Numbered from the stretch's first letter, positions 1 to 8,110 are shown. The stretch is 64,000 nucleotides of DNA from a bacterium (GCA_963611815.1 CAVDSY010000022.1:26953-90952); one strand, 5' to 3'. Translations and numbers: made by a program. The notes: generated by a model not told the origin, from the sequence alone.

Positions 1-58
1 TGATGCGTTGCAGCGAGCGATTCCAAATCGCTGTGAGTTGGGAGATTGTTTCGGGCAT
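1..58 (-). CDS. dnaA: Chromosomal replication initiator DnaA, first 19 codons only (gene runs off the left edge)
   Basis: The reverse complement starts with ATG (56-58) and reads MPETISQLTAIWNRSLQRI. This fits the conserved DnaA N-terminus pattern (..LW...L..I). It is divergent from rpmH with a DnaA-box cluster in between. It is absent from the ORF track because the window edge truncates it. Confidence 0.55.
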   Translation of the reverse strand, partial: MPETISQLTAIWNRSLQRI

Positions 59-88
59 AGGCTGTTTTTTCTGAAGAAGATTAAAACA

Positions 89-272
89 TTTTCCACAGTC
101 CATTTCATCAATAATCGGCGCGTTTTTGATTTTTCCACAATTCAAACGCTGAAAACCTTAGAATTTGAGGCTTTTATGACTTTCCACAAAATGAAATTGT
201 GGATAAATTGTGGAAAAGTTTTCCTTCTTTTTAATTTTGTGGAAAAGCCTTTGATGTTGACACTTTTCCACG
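89..272. promoter_or_regulatory. oriC-type DnaA-box cluster (7 boxes) between dnaA and rpmH
   Basis: TTTTCCACA at 89-97 and 131-139. cTTTCCACA at 180-188. TGTGGATAA (perfect consensus, reverse orientation) at 198-206. TGTGGAAAA at 209-217 and 238-246. TTTTCCACg at 264-272. The context is AT-rich. Confidence 0.8.
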
Positions 273-422
273 TTTTCCGGAAATTAAAACCTTAGACAGC
301 TGCGACGTTTTTGGTAATATCTATCGTTTTGCCACATCGTTTATCAACCCCTGTGTTGAAAGTGGTTGACTCTCATTTTGCTTAAGAAAACGACTGAATA
401 ATTAACTCACGCGTGCGCTTTT

Positions 423-449
423 ACGCGCGTAAGGGCGCGTGCGTTTTTT
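423..449 (+). terminator. Terminator-like GC hairpin plus T6, immediately upstream of the rpmH promoter
   Basis: ACGCGC (423-428) pairs with GCGCGT (435-440) around loop gtaagg, followed by gcgTTTTTT (441-449). It lies inside a direct repeat CGCGTGCG-TTTT (410-422 and 436-449). Confidence 0.35.
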
Positions 450-450
450 A

Positions 451-479
451 TTGTTCTCGCGTAGGTCGGTTCGTATAAT
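451..479 (+). promoter_or_regulatory. Sigma-A type promoter of rpmH-rnpA
   Basis: -35 TTGTTC (451-456), 17-nt spacer, -10 TATAAT (474-479). It sits 33 nt upstream of the rpmH ATG. Confidence 0.55.
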
Positions 480-512
480 AGTCACCGCTACCGCTGAAAA
501 GGAGAATTTATC

Positions 513-650
513 ATGGGTAAGAAAACGTATCAGCCTTCCAAAAGGAAGCACATCAATGTCAATGGGTTCCGCGCTCGCATGTCCACTGCCGGTGGACGCC
601 GCGTCTTGGCCCGCCGCCGCGCCAAAGGCCGCGCCCGCCTTTCTGCTTAA
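513..650 (+). CDS. rpmH: 50S ribosomal protein L34
   Basis: 45-aa [48 protein letters not shown], preceded by AAGGAG. It is too short for the ORF track (found by hand). The classical rpmH-rnpA pairing is present. Confidence 0.95.
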   Translation: MGKKTYQPSKRKHINVNGFRARMSTAGGRRVLARRRAKGRARLSA

Positions 651-668
651 GCCTTTCCTTATGCCCGC

Positions 669-1010
669 ATGAAGAAAGAATATCGCGTCAAAAAGCATAG
701 CGAATTCGATCGCATCATTCATGGGGGACATAAAATCAAAACCCCGCATTACACCATCTACGTCGAAAAAGTCCCTAACCAAAGCCACGCCCGCATTGGG
801 CTCGCCGTATCAAAACGCAACGGGAACGCCGTCACGAGGGTCCGCATCAAAAGGCAGGTCCGCGCGATGGTCAATCGCCACTTCGACGTCAACAGCCGCT
901 TGAACTTGATCATCGTGATCCGCCCTAGTTATAACGCTCTAGAGGCCCAGATCAACGAAGAAGAGCTCGCCAAAGCGCTTGATGAAGCAAAGGAAAACGC
1001 AATTGAATAA
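669..1010 (+). CDS. rnpA: Ribonuclease P protein component
   Basis: 113 aa and basic. Directly downstream of rpmH and upstream of yidC. Contains the ..RIGLAVSKR.GNAVTRVRIKR.. motif. Confidence 0.9.
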   Translation: MKKEYRVKKHSEFDRIIHGGHKIKTPHYTIYVEKVPNQSHARIGLAVSKRNGNAVTRVRIKRQVRAMVNRHFDVNSRLNLIIVIRPSYNALEAQINEEELAKALDEAKENAIE

Positions 1011-2766
1011 GCACATCTCGAAAAAGAAACTGCTGGGGATAGCAGGCGTCGGGCTCGGCGCTCTGCTTCTTTCCTCGTGCACGCAGAATTTCTGCTCCAA
1101 CTCTGACAAAGCCCAAATGCTTTATCCTTATGAGCAGGGCGTCACGGTCTATGTCACCAAAGCAGAATACGATCAGCTGAAAACCGCCGAGTCCACCAAA
1201 GACCTCATCGCCGAAGAAGAGGCGATGACTTACGGAGGGACCGCCGTCGCCGGCCAGGCTCTTGAGGGCAACTCCGATATCTACAAATACGTCCCCGCCA
1301 CCAAAAGCGGTACCGTTTACACCTATACCGCGAAAAAAGCCGCTTCGCTCCTTCAGGGAACGATTTTGGCAAGCGCCTCCAAAAACTATTACGCCCTGCC
1401 TTCTGTGCAATTCTGGTCGGCAATAGACGATTACACTTTGAAGGCCGCTCTCGTCCAGGCTGCTTTTGAAGAAAACGTCATCTCTTCTGGATACGCAGCC
1501 GCCGCTGATTACTCAAACGTTCCTAGCGATTTCATCTCTTCCTTGAAAATCGCCTCCTCCACCGGGGACAAGAGCAAGGATCAGGAAAACGCCAAGGCAA
1601 TCGCAAGTGAAAAAGGCACCTATTACATCAACGCCTACATCGAAAACGACACCGATGGCACCGATGCCACCTCAATCGATTACGATCATTCGCTCTTGCG
1701 GAAATACGGCTATTTGAAATTCAGTGGCATCGATAGCACCTTGTTTGGCAATTTCGATTCCTGGTGCGCCACACTCCAGCAATCGAGCGATGACGGGCTT
1801 GGCGTCGATGGCTGCCCGACAAGCGTCTTTACCACGCTTTATAAAAACAACGTCCAATCCAAGGTCAGCAGCATCAGCACTTGCATCGCGACCCGCGGCG
1901 GAACATATGGCCATTATGGGCCTGGCCGCGATTGGCAGGTCAACATCGAAGCCAAGGATTGGGGCTATGCTTGGGGGAAAGGATTCCTCGAAGGCTTGCT
2001 GGTCTATCCAATTTCCTGGATGGTCGACACCTTTGCCTTCGGCATGGATTCGAGCCTCGCCGGATGGAGCCAGCTGCTTGCCCTCGTCTTTGTTACCATC
2101 ATCGTCCGCGTCTTGTTGATGGCCGCCACCTTCAAAAGCACGCTCGACCAGCAGAAGATGCAAAATCTGCAGCCCCAACTGGCCAAACTGCAGGAAAAAT
2201 ATCCTAACTCTAACACCAATCAGGCTGAGAAAGCCCGCCTTGGCCAGGAGCAGATGGCGCTCTATCGCCGCAATAAGATCAACCCGCTGAGCCAGTTCTT
2301 GGTACTGATAATCCAGTTCCCTGTCTTCATCTGCGTCTGGTCCGGATTGCAGGGCAGCGCCGCGCTATCTTCCGGGCAAATCCTCAACCTACGCTTGTCT
2401 GACACAATCCGCGAGACCTTGTTCAACGTTTCCGGTTCGTGGTACGCGAACACCTCCGGATGGTGGACCGCTTTGATCCTCTTTGTCCTCATGGCCGGCG
2501 TTCAGGTCATGGCAATGATGCTTCCGCGCATCATCGCGAAGAGAAAATCCAAAAACGTTACCAAAATGGGTAAGAACCCCGCGGCCAACGATGCCAATAA
2601 GCAAGGCAGGATCATGATGATCGTCATGCTGATCTTCACCATCTTCATGGGCTTCATGCTCCCGGCGGCGATGGGAATCTACTGGCTCATCGGCGGCTTG
2701 ATGTCGATGCTTCAGACGCTCATCTCCCAAGTCGTTCTCTCCCGCAAAAACAAGAAAAGAGGATAA
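982..2766 (+). CDS. yidC: YidC/Oxa1-family membrane protein insertase with a lipoprotein signal and a long N-terminal extracytoplasmic domain
   Basis: Lipobox LLSSC near residue 33. About 330 aa of hydrophilic region precede the conserved YidC core (..KMQNLQPQLAKLQEKY..NPLSQFL..). The C-terminal tail is basic. The track start at 979 is TTG; ATG is at 982. It overlaps the end of rnpA. Confidence 0.85.
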   Translation: MKQRKTQLNKHISKKKLLGIAGVGLGALLLSSCTQNFCSNSDKAQMLYPYEQGVTVYVTKAEYDQLKTAESTKDLIAEEEAMTYGGTAVAGQALEGNSDIYKYVPATKSGTVYTYTAKKAASLLQGTILASASKNYYALPSVQFWSAIDDYTLKAALVQAAFEENVISSGYAAAADYSNVPSDFISSLKIASSTGDKSKDQENAKAIASEKGTYYINAYIENDTDGTDATSIDYDHSLLRKYGYLKFSGIDSTLFGNFDSWCATLQQSSDDGLGVDGCPTSVFTTLYKNNVQSKVSSISTCIATRGGTYGHYGPGRDWQVNIEAKDWGYAWGKGFLEGLLVYPISWMVDTFAFGMDSSLAGWSQLLALVFVTIIVRVLLMAATFKSTLDQQKMQNLQPQLAKLQEKYPNSNTNQAEKARLGQEQMALYRRNKINPLSQFLVLIIQFPVFICVWSGLQGSAALSSGQILNLRLSDTIRETLFNVSGSWYANTSGWWTALILFVLMAGVQVMAMMLPRIIAKRKSKNVTKMGKNPAANDANKQGRIMMIVMLIFTIFMGFMLPAAMGIYWLIGGLMSMLQTLISQVVLSRKNKKRG

Positions 2767-2769
2767 ATC

Positions 2770-3369
2770 ATGAAAGAATTCACTGCTAAAACTGTCGAAG
2801 ACGCCGTCGCTTTGGCCGCTTCTGAGCTTGGCGTCGATGCCAAAAAGCTCGCTTATAAGGTGACTGATGAGAAAAAAGGTCTCTTCAAGAAGAGCGCGAC
2901 CATCGCTGTCTATGATAACGATGACGCCGCTTCTTATGCCGCCGAGTACCTTAAGTCTTCCTTGGCCGCCCTGGGCGTTGAAAGCACCGTCGAAGCAATC
3001 ATCGACGAGGACATCATCAAAGTTTCCGTCGACTCTGCGAGGAACCCGATTCTCATCGGCAGGGGAGGAAGAACCCTCCAGGCCCTCAACGAGCTTACCA
3101 AGCTTGCGGTCAGCAACAAATTCCGCCGCCGTTATCGTGTCTTGCTCGATGTCGGCAACTACAAAGAAGACAAGTATGAGAAGGTGACCCGCATCGCGAA
3201 AAGAGCGGCCAACGACGTGCTTGCCACCCACTCCGACGTTCAACTCGATCCGATGACTCCCGATGAGAGAAGGGTCGTCCACAACGCCCTCTCCAATATG
3301 GAGCACATCAAAACCGAATCCACCGGCGAAGGCCATGACCGCGCCATTTGGATCCGCTACGTCGACTAA
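2770..3369 (+). CDS. jag: Jag/KhpB RNA-binding protein (KH + R3H domains)
   Basis: Conserved position after yidC. Contains a KH-like IGRGGRTLQALNEL motif, with a C-terminal R3H-like region. Confidence 0.85.
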   Translation: MKEFTAKTVEDAVALAASELGVDAKKLAYKVTDEKKGLFKKSATIAVYDNDDAASYAAEYLKSSLAALGVESTVEAIIDEDIIKVSVDSARNPILIGRGGRTLQALNELTKLAVSNKFRRRYRVLLDVGNYKEDKYEKVTRIAKRAANDVLATHSDVQLDPMTPDERRVVHNALSNMEHIKTESTGEGHDRAIWIRYVD

Positions 3370-3378
3370 GTCAATCAA

Positions 3379-3404
3379 GGCGCTGCAAAGGCGCCTTTTC
3401 TTTA
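3379..3404 (+). terminator. Rho-independent terminator after jag
   Basis: GGCGC (3379-3383) pairs with GCGCC (3391-3395), followed by TTTTCTTT. Confidence 0.5.
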
Positions 3405-3425
3405 TGGACGCGATAGGGAAAAAGG

Positions 3426-3431
3426 TATAAT
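3426..3431 (+). promoter_or_regulatory. -10 hexamer TATAAT 9 nt before the mnmE ATG (candidate leaderless promoter)
   Basis: TATAAT at 3426-3431, then ccccttgct, then ATG at 3441. No Shine-Dalgarno is present. Confidence 0.4.
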
Positions 3432-3440
3432 CCCCTTGCT

Positions 3441-4769
3441 ATGAACGAACCGATTATCGCCCTAGCCACGCCGCCTCTTAATGGGGCACTTGCTTTGCTT
3501 CGCTGCTCTGGCGAGGGGGTTTTCGAAATCGCGGATTCGCTTTTCGATAAACGTGTCTCGGAAACGAAAACGCGTTCGATATTCGTCGGATTCCTCAAAG
3601 ACAACGGGAAGCCAATCGATCAGGTCGTTTTACTTGTCTATCCTAAGCCCAATACGATGACGGGCGAAGACCTTTTGGAGATATGCTGCCACGGCTCGAT
3701 GCTGATCGTCGATGAGATAGTCGAGGCTTTCCTCGCTAAAGGGGCGCGCTATGCGACGAGGGGAGAATTTTCATCTCGGTCTTTTTATAACGGCAAAATG
3801 GATCTCATCGAAGCAGAGGCCATCAACGATCTGATCAATGCGACGACGAGGGAAAGCAAAGATCTTGCCCTGCTTTCTTTAAGCGGCGAGACAAGCAAAC
3901 TCGTGACGCCTTTGAAAGATGAAATTGCCTCTTTGCTCGCCTTGCTTGAAGTGAATATCGACTATCCGGAATACACCGACATCGAAGAGGCGAACTCCTT
4001 GCTTCTTGAGGCTAAAGCCAAGGAGATCAGAAAGCATCTCGCCTCTTTGATTGCCCAGGGGCAAGAGGGGAAAATAATAAGAGAAGGCATAAAGGTTGCC
4101 CTTGTCGGTTCTCCTAACGCCGGCAAATCGAGCCTGCTCAACGCTTTGCTAAAAGAAGACAAGGCCATCGTATCCTCAATCCCAGGGACGACAAGAGACG
4201 TCGTTGAGGGCGAACTCTCCGTTAATGGGGTTCCTTTGCATCTTCTTGATACCGCGGGGATTCGTTCCACAAGCGATGAGATTGAATCGATCGGAGTTGG
4301 CCGCTCGAAGAAAGCCATCTCCGAAGCCGATCTTGTGATTCTTGTCGTCGACGCAAGCAAAGGCCTCCAGAAGGACGATGAGGAGATCCTTGCCTATGCT
4401 AAGGATAAGAAAATCATCGTCTGCTATAACAAATCGGACCTTATATATAATAAGGATAAAGGGGTTTTGTATGCCTCTGCGGTGAAGGGCGATATCTCTG
4501 AGCTCAAAAACGCCATTTTCACTTCGCTTTCCCTTTCTTCCTCTTCCTTTAAAACGCCTTCTTTCTCCAACGCCAGAGAACTTGGCCTTCTTCGGGAAGT
4601 CGATGGACACATGAAAGAGGTGGAAGATGGAGCGAAGGCTAATCTAGCCCCGGATTTGATCTCAATCCCTCTGCAGGAGGCCTACCATTGCGTCCAAAGA
4701 CTTCTTGGCATCGACCCCAGTCAGGATTTGGGGGATGAGATATTCTCGCGCTTCTGCGTTGGTAAATGA
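3441..4769 (+). CDS. mnmE: tRNA modification GTPase MnmE
   Basis: 442 aa with G1 motif GSPNAGKSSLLN, DTAG, NKSD, and the C-terminal FCVGK signature. Confidence 0.92.
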   Translation: MNEPIIALATPPLNGALALLRCSGEGVFEIADSLFDKRVSETKTRSIFVGFLKDNGKPIDQVVLLVYPKPNTMTGEDLLEICCHGSMLIVDEIVEAFLAKGARYATRGEFSSRSFYNGKMDLIEAEAINDLINATTRESKDLALLSLSGETSKLVTPLKDEIASLLALLEVNIDYPEYTDIEEANSLLLEAKAKEIRKHLASLIAQGQEGKIIREGIKVALVGSPNAGKSSLLNALLKEDKAIVSSIPGTTRDVVEGELSVNGVPLHLLDTAGIRSTSDEIESIGVGRSKKAISEADLVILVVDASKGLQKDDEEILAYAKDKKIIVCYNKSDLIYNKDKGVLYASAVKGDISELKNAIFTSLSLSSSSFKTPSFSNARELGLLREVDGHMKEVEDGAKANLAPDLISIPLQEAYHCVQRLLGIDPSQDLGDEIFSRFCVGK

Positions 4770-4770
4770 T

Positions 4771-5550
4771 ATGGCCATATATTTTGATTCGCATTGCCAT
4801 CTGAACGACGAAAAGCTTTATCCAGTGAGGACTGAGGTCGTCGCTAGAGCTTTGGAGGCGGGCGTCAAAGCCTTGCTGGTGATTGGATACGACGTGCCCT
4901 CCAGCGTTCGTGCGGTGGAGATCGCGAATGAATTTTCTTGCTGCTATGCCCTGATTGGATATCAGCCGGAGAATTTGGAAGGGGCAAAAGACAGCGACCT
5001 CGATATATTCCGCGAGCTTGCCAAAGATAAAAAAGTCGTGGGAATTGGCGAAATAGGGCTCGATCATCACTGGTACAAAGACCCAAAGGATCACGCGATT
5101 CAAAAGGAGTGGTTCATCAAGCAGATCGACCTTGCCAATGAGTTGAATTTGCCTGTTTCGATTCACGCTAGAGAAGCAATCGGCGAGACTTTGGACGTTC
5201 TTCAATCCCACCCTTTGAGAAGAAAGGGCGTTTTGCATTGTTATTCAGGCTCTGCTGAGAGTATGAAAGAATTTGCCAAACTTGGAATGTATTTCGGCTT
5301 CGATGGGCCAATCACATACAAGAACGCGCAGGAGCCAAGACGCTGCGTGGAGGCTTGTCCAATCGATCGCCTGCTGGTTGAGACGGATGCGCCTTATTTG
5401 GCTCCCGTTCCCTATCGCGGAAGCGTTAATGAGAGTAAAAACATTCCGATTTTGGTCGAAAAGATTGCCGAAATTCGCAAAATGGATGTGAAAGAGGTGG
5501 CGGAGAGGATGAATGAGAATTTCACCCGATTGTTCCGCGTGGAACTATGA
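4771..5550 (+). CDS. tatD: TatD-family metal-dependent DNase/hydrolase
   Basis: Starts MAIYFDSHCHLND (the HxH motif at the N-terminus). ATG at 4771, 1 nt after the mnmE stop. The longer track ORF (4705) overlaps mnmE and is unlikely. Confidence 0.85.
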   Translation: MAIYFDSHCHLNDEKLYPVRTEVVARALEAGVKALLVIGYDVPSSVRAVEIANEFSCCYALIGYQPENLEGAKDSDLDIFRELAKDKKVVGIGEIGLDHHWYKDPKDHAIQKEWFIKQIDLANELNLPVSIHAREAIGETLDVLQSHPLRRKGVLHCYSGSAESMKEFAKLGMYFGFDGPITYKNAQEPRRCVEACPIDRLLVETDAPYLAPVPYRGSVNESKNIPILVEKIAEIRKMDVKEVAERMNENFTRLFRVEL

Positions 5551-6083
5551 GCAAAATAGCCTTCAATTCGATAATAGTGGTGGAAGGTACTTCAGACGAG
5601 TCCTTCTTGCGTTCTTTCTTGGATGCCGACATCGTCACAACGAATGGGTCGGAAGTTTCACGTGAAACAATAGACTATCTTAAAGAAGCTTCAAAGACGC
5701 GCTCCATCGTAGTTTTGACCGATCCCGATTCACCTGGGAAGCGCATCCGCGACTTGATTGCCGAGCACGTTCCAGAGGTGTCTCACGCTTTTGTGCGCAA
5801 AGAAAAATCCATCAAACATCATAAGGTCGGGGTGGCGGAGAGCAGCAAAGACGAAGTGCTGCTCGCCCTCTCTCATATTGTCCCAGCGAAAGCTCCGATT
5901 AGGGGCCGGCTGACATTTGGGGATTTGCTTGATCTAGGATTGATGGGAGCCCCGGGATCAGAAGAGAAAAGAAGCGAAGTTGAAAAAGAGCTACACTTGG
6001 GGCATGGGAACGCCAAAACGTTTCTGAAGAGAGCCAACGCGCTAAATCTATCGCTTGAAGACATTGAAAGGGCCATGAAATGA
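5547..6083 (+). CDS. rnmV: Ribonuclease M5 (TOPRIM domain)
   Basis: IIVVEGTSDE ... VLTDPDSPGKRIR Toprim motifs. ATGA overlaps with both tatD and rsmA. The conserved rnmV-ksgA pairing is present. Confidence 0.85.
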   Translation: MSKIAFNSIIVVEGTSDESFLRSFLDADIVTTNGSEVSRETIDYLKEASKTRSIVVLTDPDSPGKRIRDLIAEHVPEVSHAFVRKEKSIKHHKVGVAESSKDEVLLALSHIVPAKAPIRGRLTFGDLLDLGLMGAPGSEEKRSEVEKELHLGHGNAKTFLKRANALNLSLEDIERAMK

Positions 6084-6883
6084 AAGACAGAGACACCTTC
6101 TTTGAAGAGGTTAATTCTTACAAGCTTCTCGCCAAAAAAGAGGTTGGTCAGAATTTCCTGATCGATTCAAACGCCGCCGAGAGAATCGTCTCGCTTTTAG
6201 ACGTCCAAGAAAACGATGCGGTGCTCGAAATCGGCTGTGGGGCTGGTTCTTTGACTTATTTTCTGAATGAGAAAGAAGCGAAAGGGGAAGCCATCGATAT
6301 CGATGAGGCGATGCTGGCTAAGTGCAAAAAAGATTTCCCTTCAACCGCCTTGGAAGTGATTCATGGGAACGCGATGAGATGGGATTACGCCAAATACACC
6401 AAAATCGTCGGCAACCTTCCTTATTACATCACCTCCGGAATTCTCGAAAAAGTCCTTCTGGGCGCCGAAAATTGCCGCAAGATGGTCATCATGGTCCAAA
6501 AAGAGGCGGCTGAAAGACTGCTCAGCCAAGTCGGCGGAAAGGATTATGGCCCACTGAACATCCTTCTTTCGTTGAGCGGCGAACTCAAAAGAGAGTTCAA
6601 GGTGCCTCGCACTTCTTTCGCCCCTGCGCCACACGTCGATTCGGCGGTTCTTTCTTTCGTGTTTAAAGATGGGCGAGATCTGGCTTTGCTTGAAAAGGTC
6701 CATTCTCTTGCTTCGTCTTTGTTCCTTCAAAGAAGGAAAACCATCGTAAATAATCTGAAATCCGTGATGAAAGACCAAGCAAAAGCAATTAATATTCTCC
6801 ATGGCGTGGGCATCGACCCCAACAAACGCCCGGAGCAATTGACCCCACAAGAATATCTTGCTCTCACCAAAGCATGCTTATGA
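6080..6883 (+). CDS. rsmA: 16S rRNA (adenine1518/1519-N6)-dimethyltransferase
   Basis: QNFL motif, SAM-binding LEIGCGAGSLT, NLPYYI motif. Confidence 0.92.
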   Translation: MKDRDTFFEEVNSYKLLAKKEVGQNFLIDSNAAERIVSLLDVQENDAVLEIGCGAGSLTYFLNEKEAKGEAIDIDEAMLAKCKKDFPSTALEVIHGNAMRWDYAKYTKIVGNLPYYITSGILEKVLLGAENCRKMVIMVQKEAAERLLSQVGGKDYGPLNILLSLSGELKREFKVPRTSFAPAPHVDSAVLSFVFKDGRDLALLEKVHSLASSLFLQRRKTIVNNLKSVMKDQAKAINILHGVGIDPNKRPEQLTPQEYLALTKACL

Positions 6884-7728
6884 TCAGCAAATCCTATGCG
6901 AAAATAAACCTCAGCCTGAAGGTTCTAGGCACTAGAGAAGATGGCTACCACCTTTTGGAAATGATCAATCTGCCGCTTTGCCTGCACGACATCATCATCT
7001 TCGAGAGGCTTCCCAAAAGCGTCGGCACCCACATCGTTTGCGATGATCCTGGGCTATCGTCTTTAAAGCACAATCTTTGCTCAAAAGCCTTCAATCTGAT
7101 GAAGGAAAAATATGGCTTCTCCGACACTTTCCTTATCAAAATACACAAAGAGATCCCTTTCGCGGCCGGTTTGGGCGGTGGCTCAAGCAATGCGGCGACT
7201 GTTTTGATGGGATTGAACAAAATCCTTCACCTTGGCGCAAGCATCGACGAACTCTCAGAAATCGGTTTGAAAATCGGCGCGGATGTTCCTTTCTTCCTGA
7301 AAAACAAGCCGATGGAAGTCACCGGCATCGGCGAAACAATGAAAGAGATCAAAATAAAGCGGAACTGGCACATCCTTCTTGTGAAGCCCGAGAAAGGCGT
7401 TTCGACTGCCGAGGTTTATAAAATCTGCGATTCCTTCCCCAAGACGAGCGCCGACACCGCTTTGGTGAAAGAGGGCCTCGCCGAGTTCGATGAGACGAAG
7501 ATCGCGCGCGGCATCGGGAATGATTTGATGGCCCCCGCGGAGAGTTTGCTTCCTGAGATCGGCAACGTCTATTCGCTCCTGCGTAAATTTGGCTTCCCAA
7601 TCGTCTCGATGTCCGGGTCAGGCTCTTGCTGCTTCGCCATGTCGAAATCGGAGCAGCAATGCAAAGATGCGTTCCACAAGTTGGACAAAATGGGTTATGT
7701 TGTCCGCCTTACCAAGATCCTTGAATGA
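6874..7728 (+). CDS. ispE: 4-diphosphocytidyl-2-C-methyl-D-erythritol kinase (GHMP kinase)
   Basis: N-terminal AKINLSLKVLG.R.DGYH.L, GHMP motif PFAAGLGGGSSNAA. Confidence 0.85.
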   Translation: MLMISKSYAKINLSLKVLGTREDGYHLLEMINLPLCLHDIIIFERLPKSVGTHIVCDDPGLSSLKHNLCSKAFNLMKEKYGFSDTFLIKIHKEIPFAAGLGGGSSNAATVLMGLNKILHLGASIDELSEIGLKIGADVPFFLKNKPMEVTGIGETMKEIKIKRNWHILLVKPEKGVSTAEVYKICDSFPKTSADTALVKEGLAEFDETKIARGIGNDLMAPAESLLPEIGNVYSLLRKFGFPIVSMSGSGSCCFAMSKSEQQCKDAFHKLDKMGYVVRLTKILE

Positions 7729-7740
7729 AGGATCTTTTTT
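7714..7740 (+). terminator. Rho-independent terminator overlapping the ispE stop
   Basis: AAGATCCTT (7714-7722) pairs with AAGGATCTT (7728-7736), followed by a T-run to 7740. Confidence 0.7.
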
Positions 7741-7755
7741 ATAGGAGAAGAAATC

Positions 7756-8019
7756 ATGCTGGATTGCACACCTTGTTATGGGCGCGACGTCTATATCGAT
7801 GATCAGTTGGTTGGGTATGTCGAGCGTTTAGGAGACGGCGACGCCGCCATCACAATCACAGGCAAGAATTTTGCTCGCCTCACCGCAGACGGGCTGTTGC
7901 TGAGAAACGGCAAAAGGATTGGAGAAATCGGCGACGCCGGCGAGATTTTCTTTGCCTCCAGGCAAGTCGGGGAAATTGACGCGCGCAACGATCTGATCTT
8001 CTACGGCGAAGAGCTTTAA
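7756..8019 (+). CDS. Small hypothetical protein with a repeated x-(V/I)-G-x-(V/I) motif
   Basis: 87 aa with a good SD (AGGAGAAG) 6 nt upstream. LVGYV, RIGEI and QVGEI repeats are present. I recognise no family with confidence. Confidence 0.5.
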   Translation: MLDCTPCYGRDVYIDDQLVGYVERLGDGDAAITITGKNFARLTADGLLLRNGKRIGEIGDAGEIFFASRQVGEIDARNDLIFYGEEL

Positions 8020-8110
8020 GAAGCGAAAGACCATTCCTTCGGTTTCTTTCAGCTCCGAAAATCTCGGATTTTTAGAATTTTCCTTCTAAAAGTTACGAAA
8101 AATATAAAAA

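Noticed and set aside
8-295. 95-aa + strand ORF at the very start of the window
   Set aside because: It spans the DnaA-box cluster. It has no SD, its odd composition comes from the repeated TTTTCCACA/TGTGGAAAA boxes, and it lies in the dnaA-rpmH intergenic origin region.
402-788. Track ORFs 402-788 (-) and 439-672 (+) around rpmH
   Set aside because: They are shadow frames. The real gene is the 45-aa L34 ORF at 513-650, which has a strong SD and a textbook sequence.
2389-3378. 329-aa - strand ORF overlapping yidC and jag
   Set aside because: It is antisense to two conserved genes and has no recognisable motifs.
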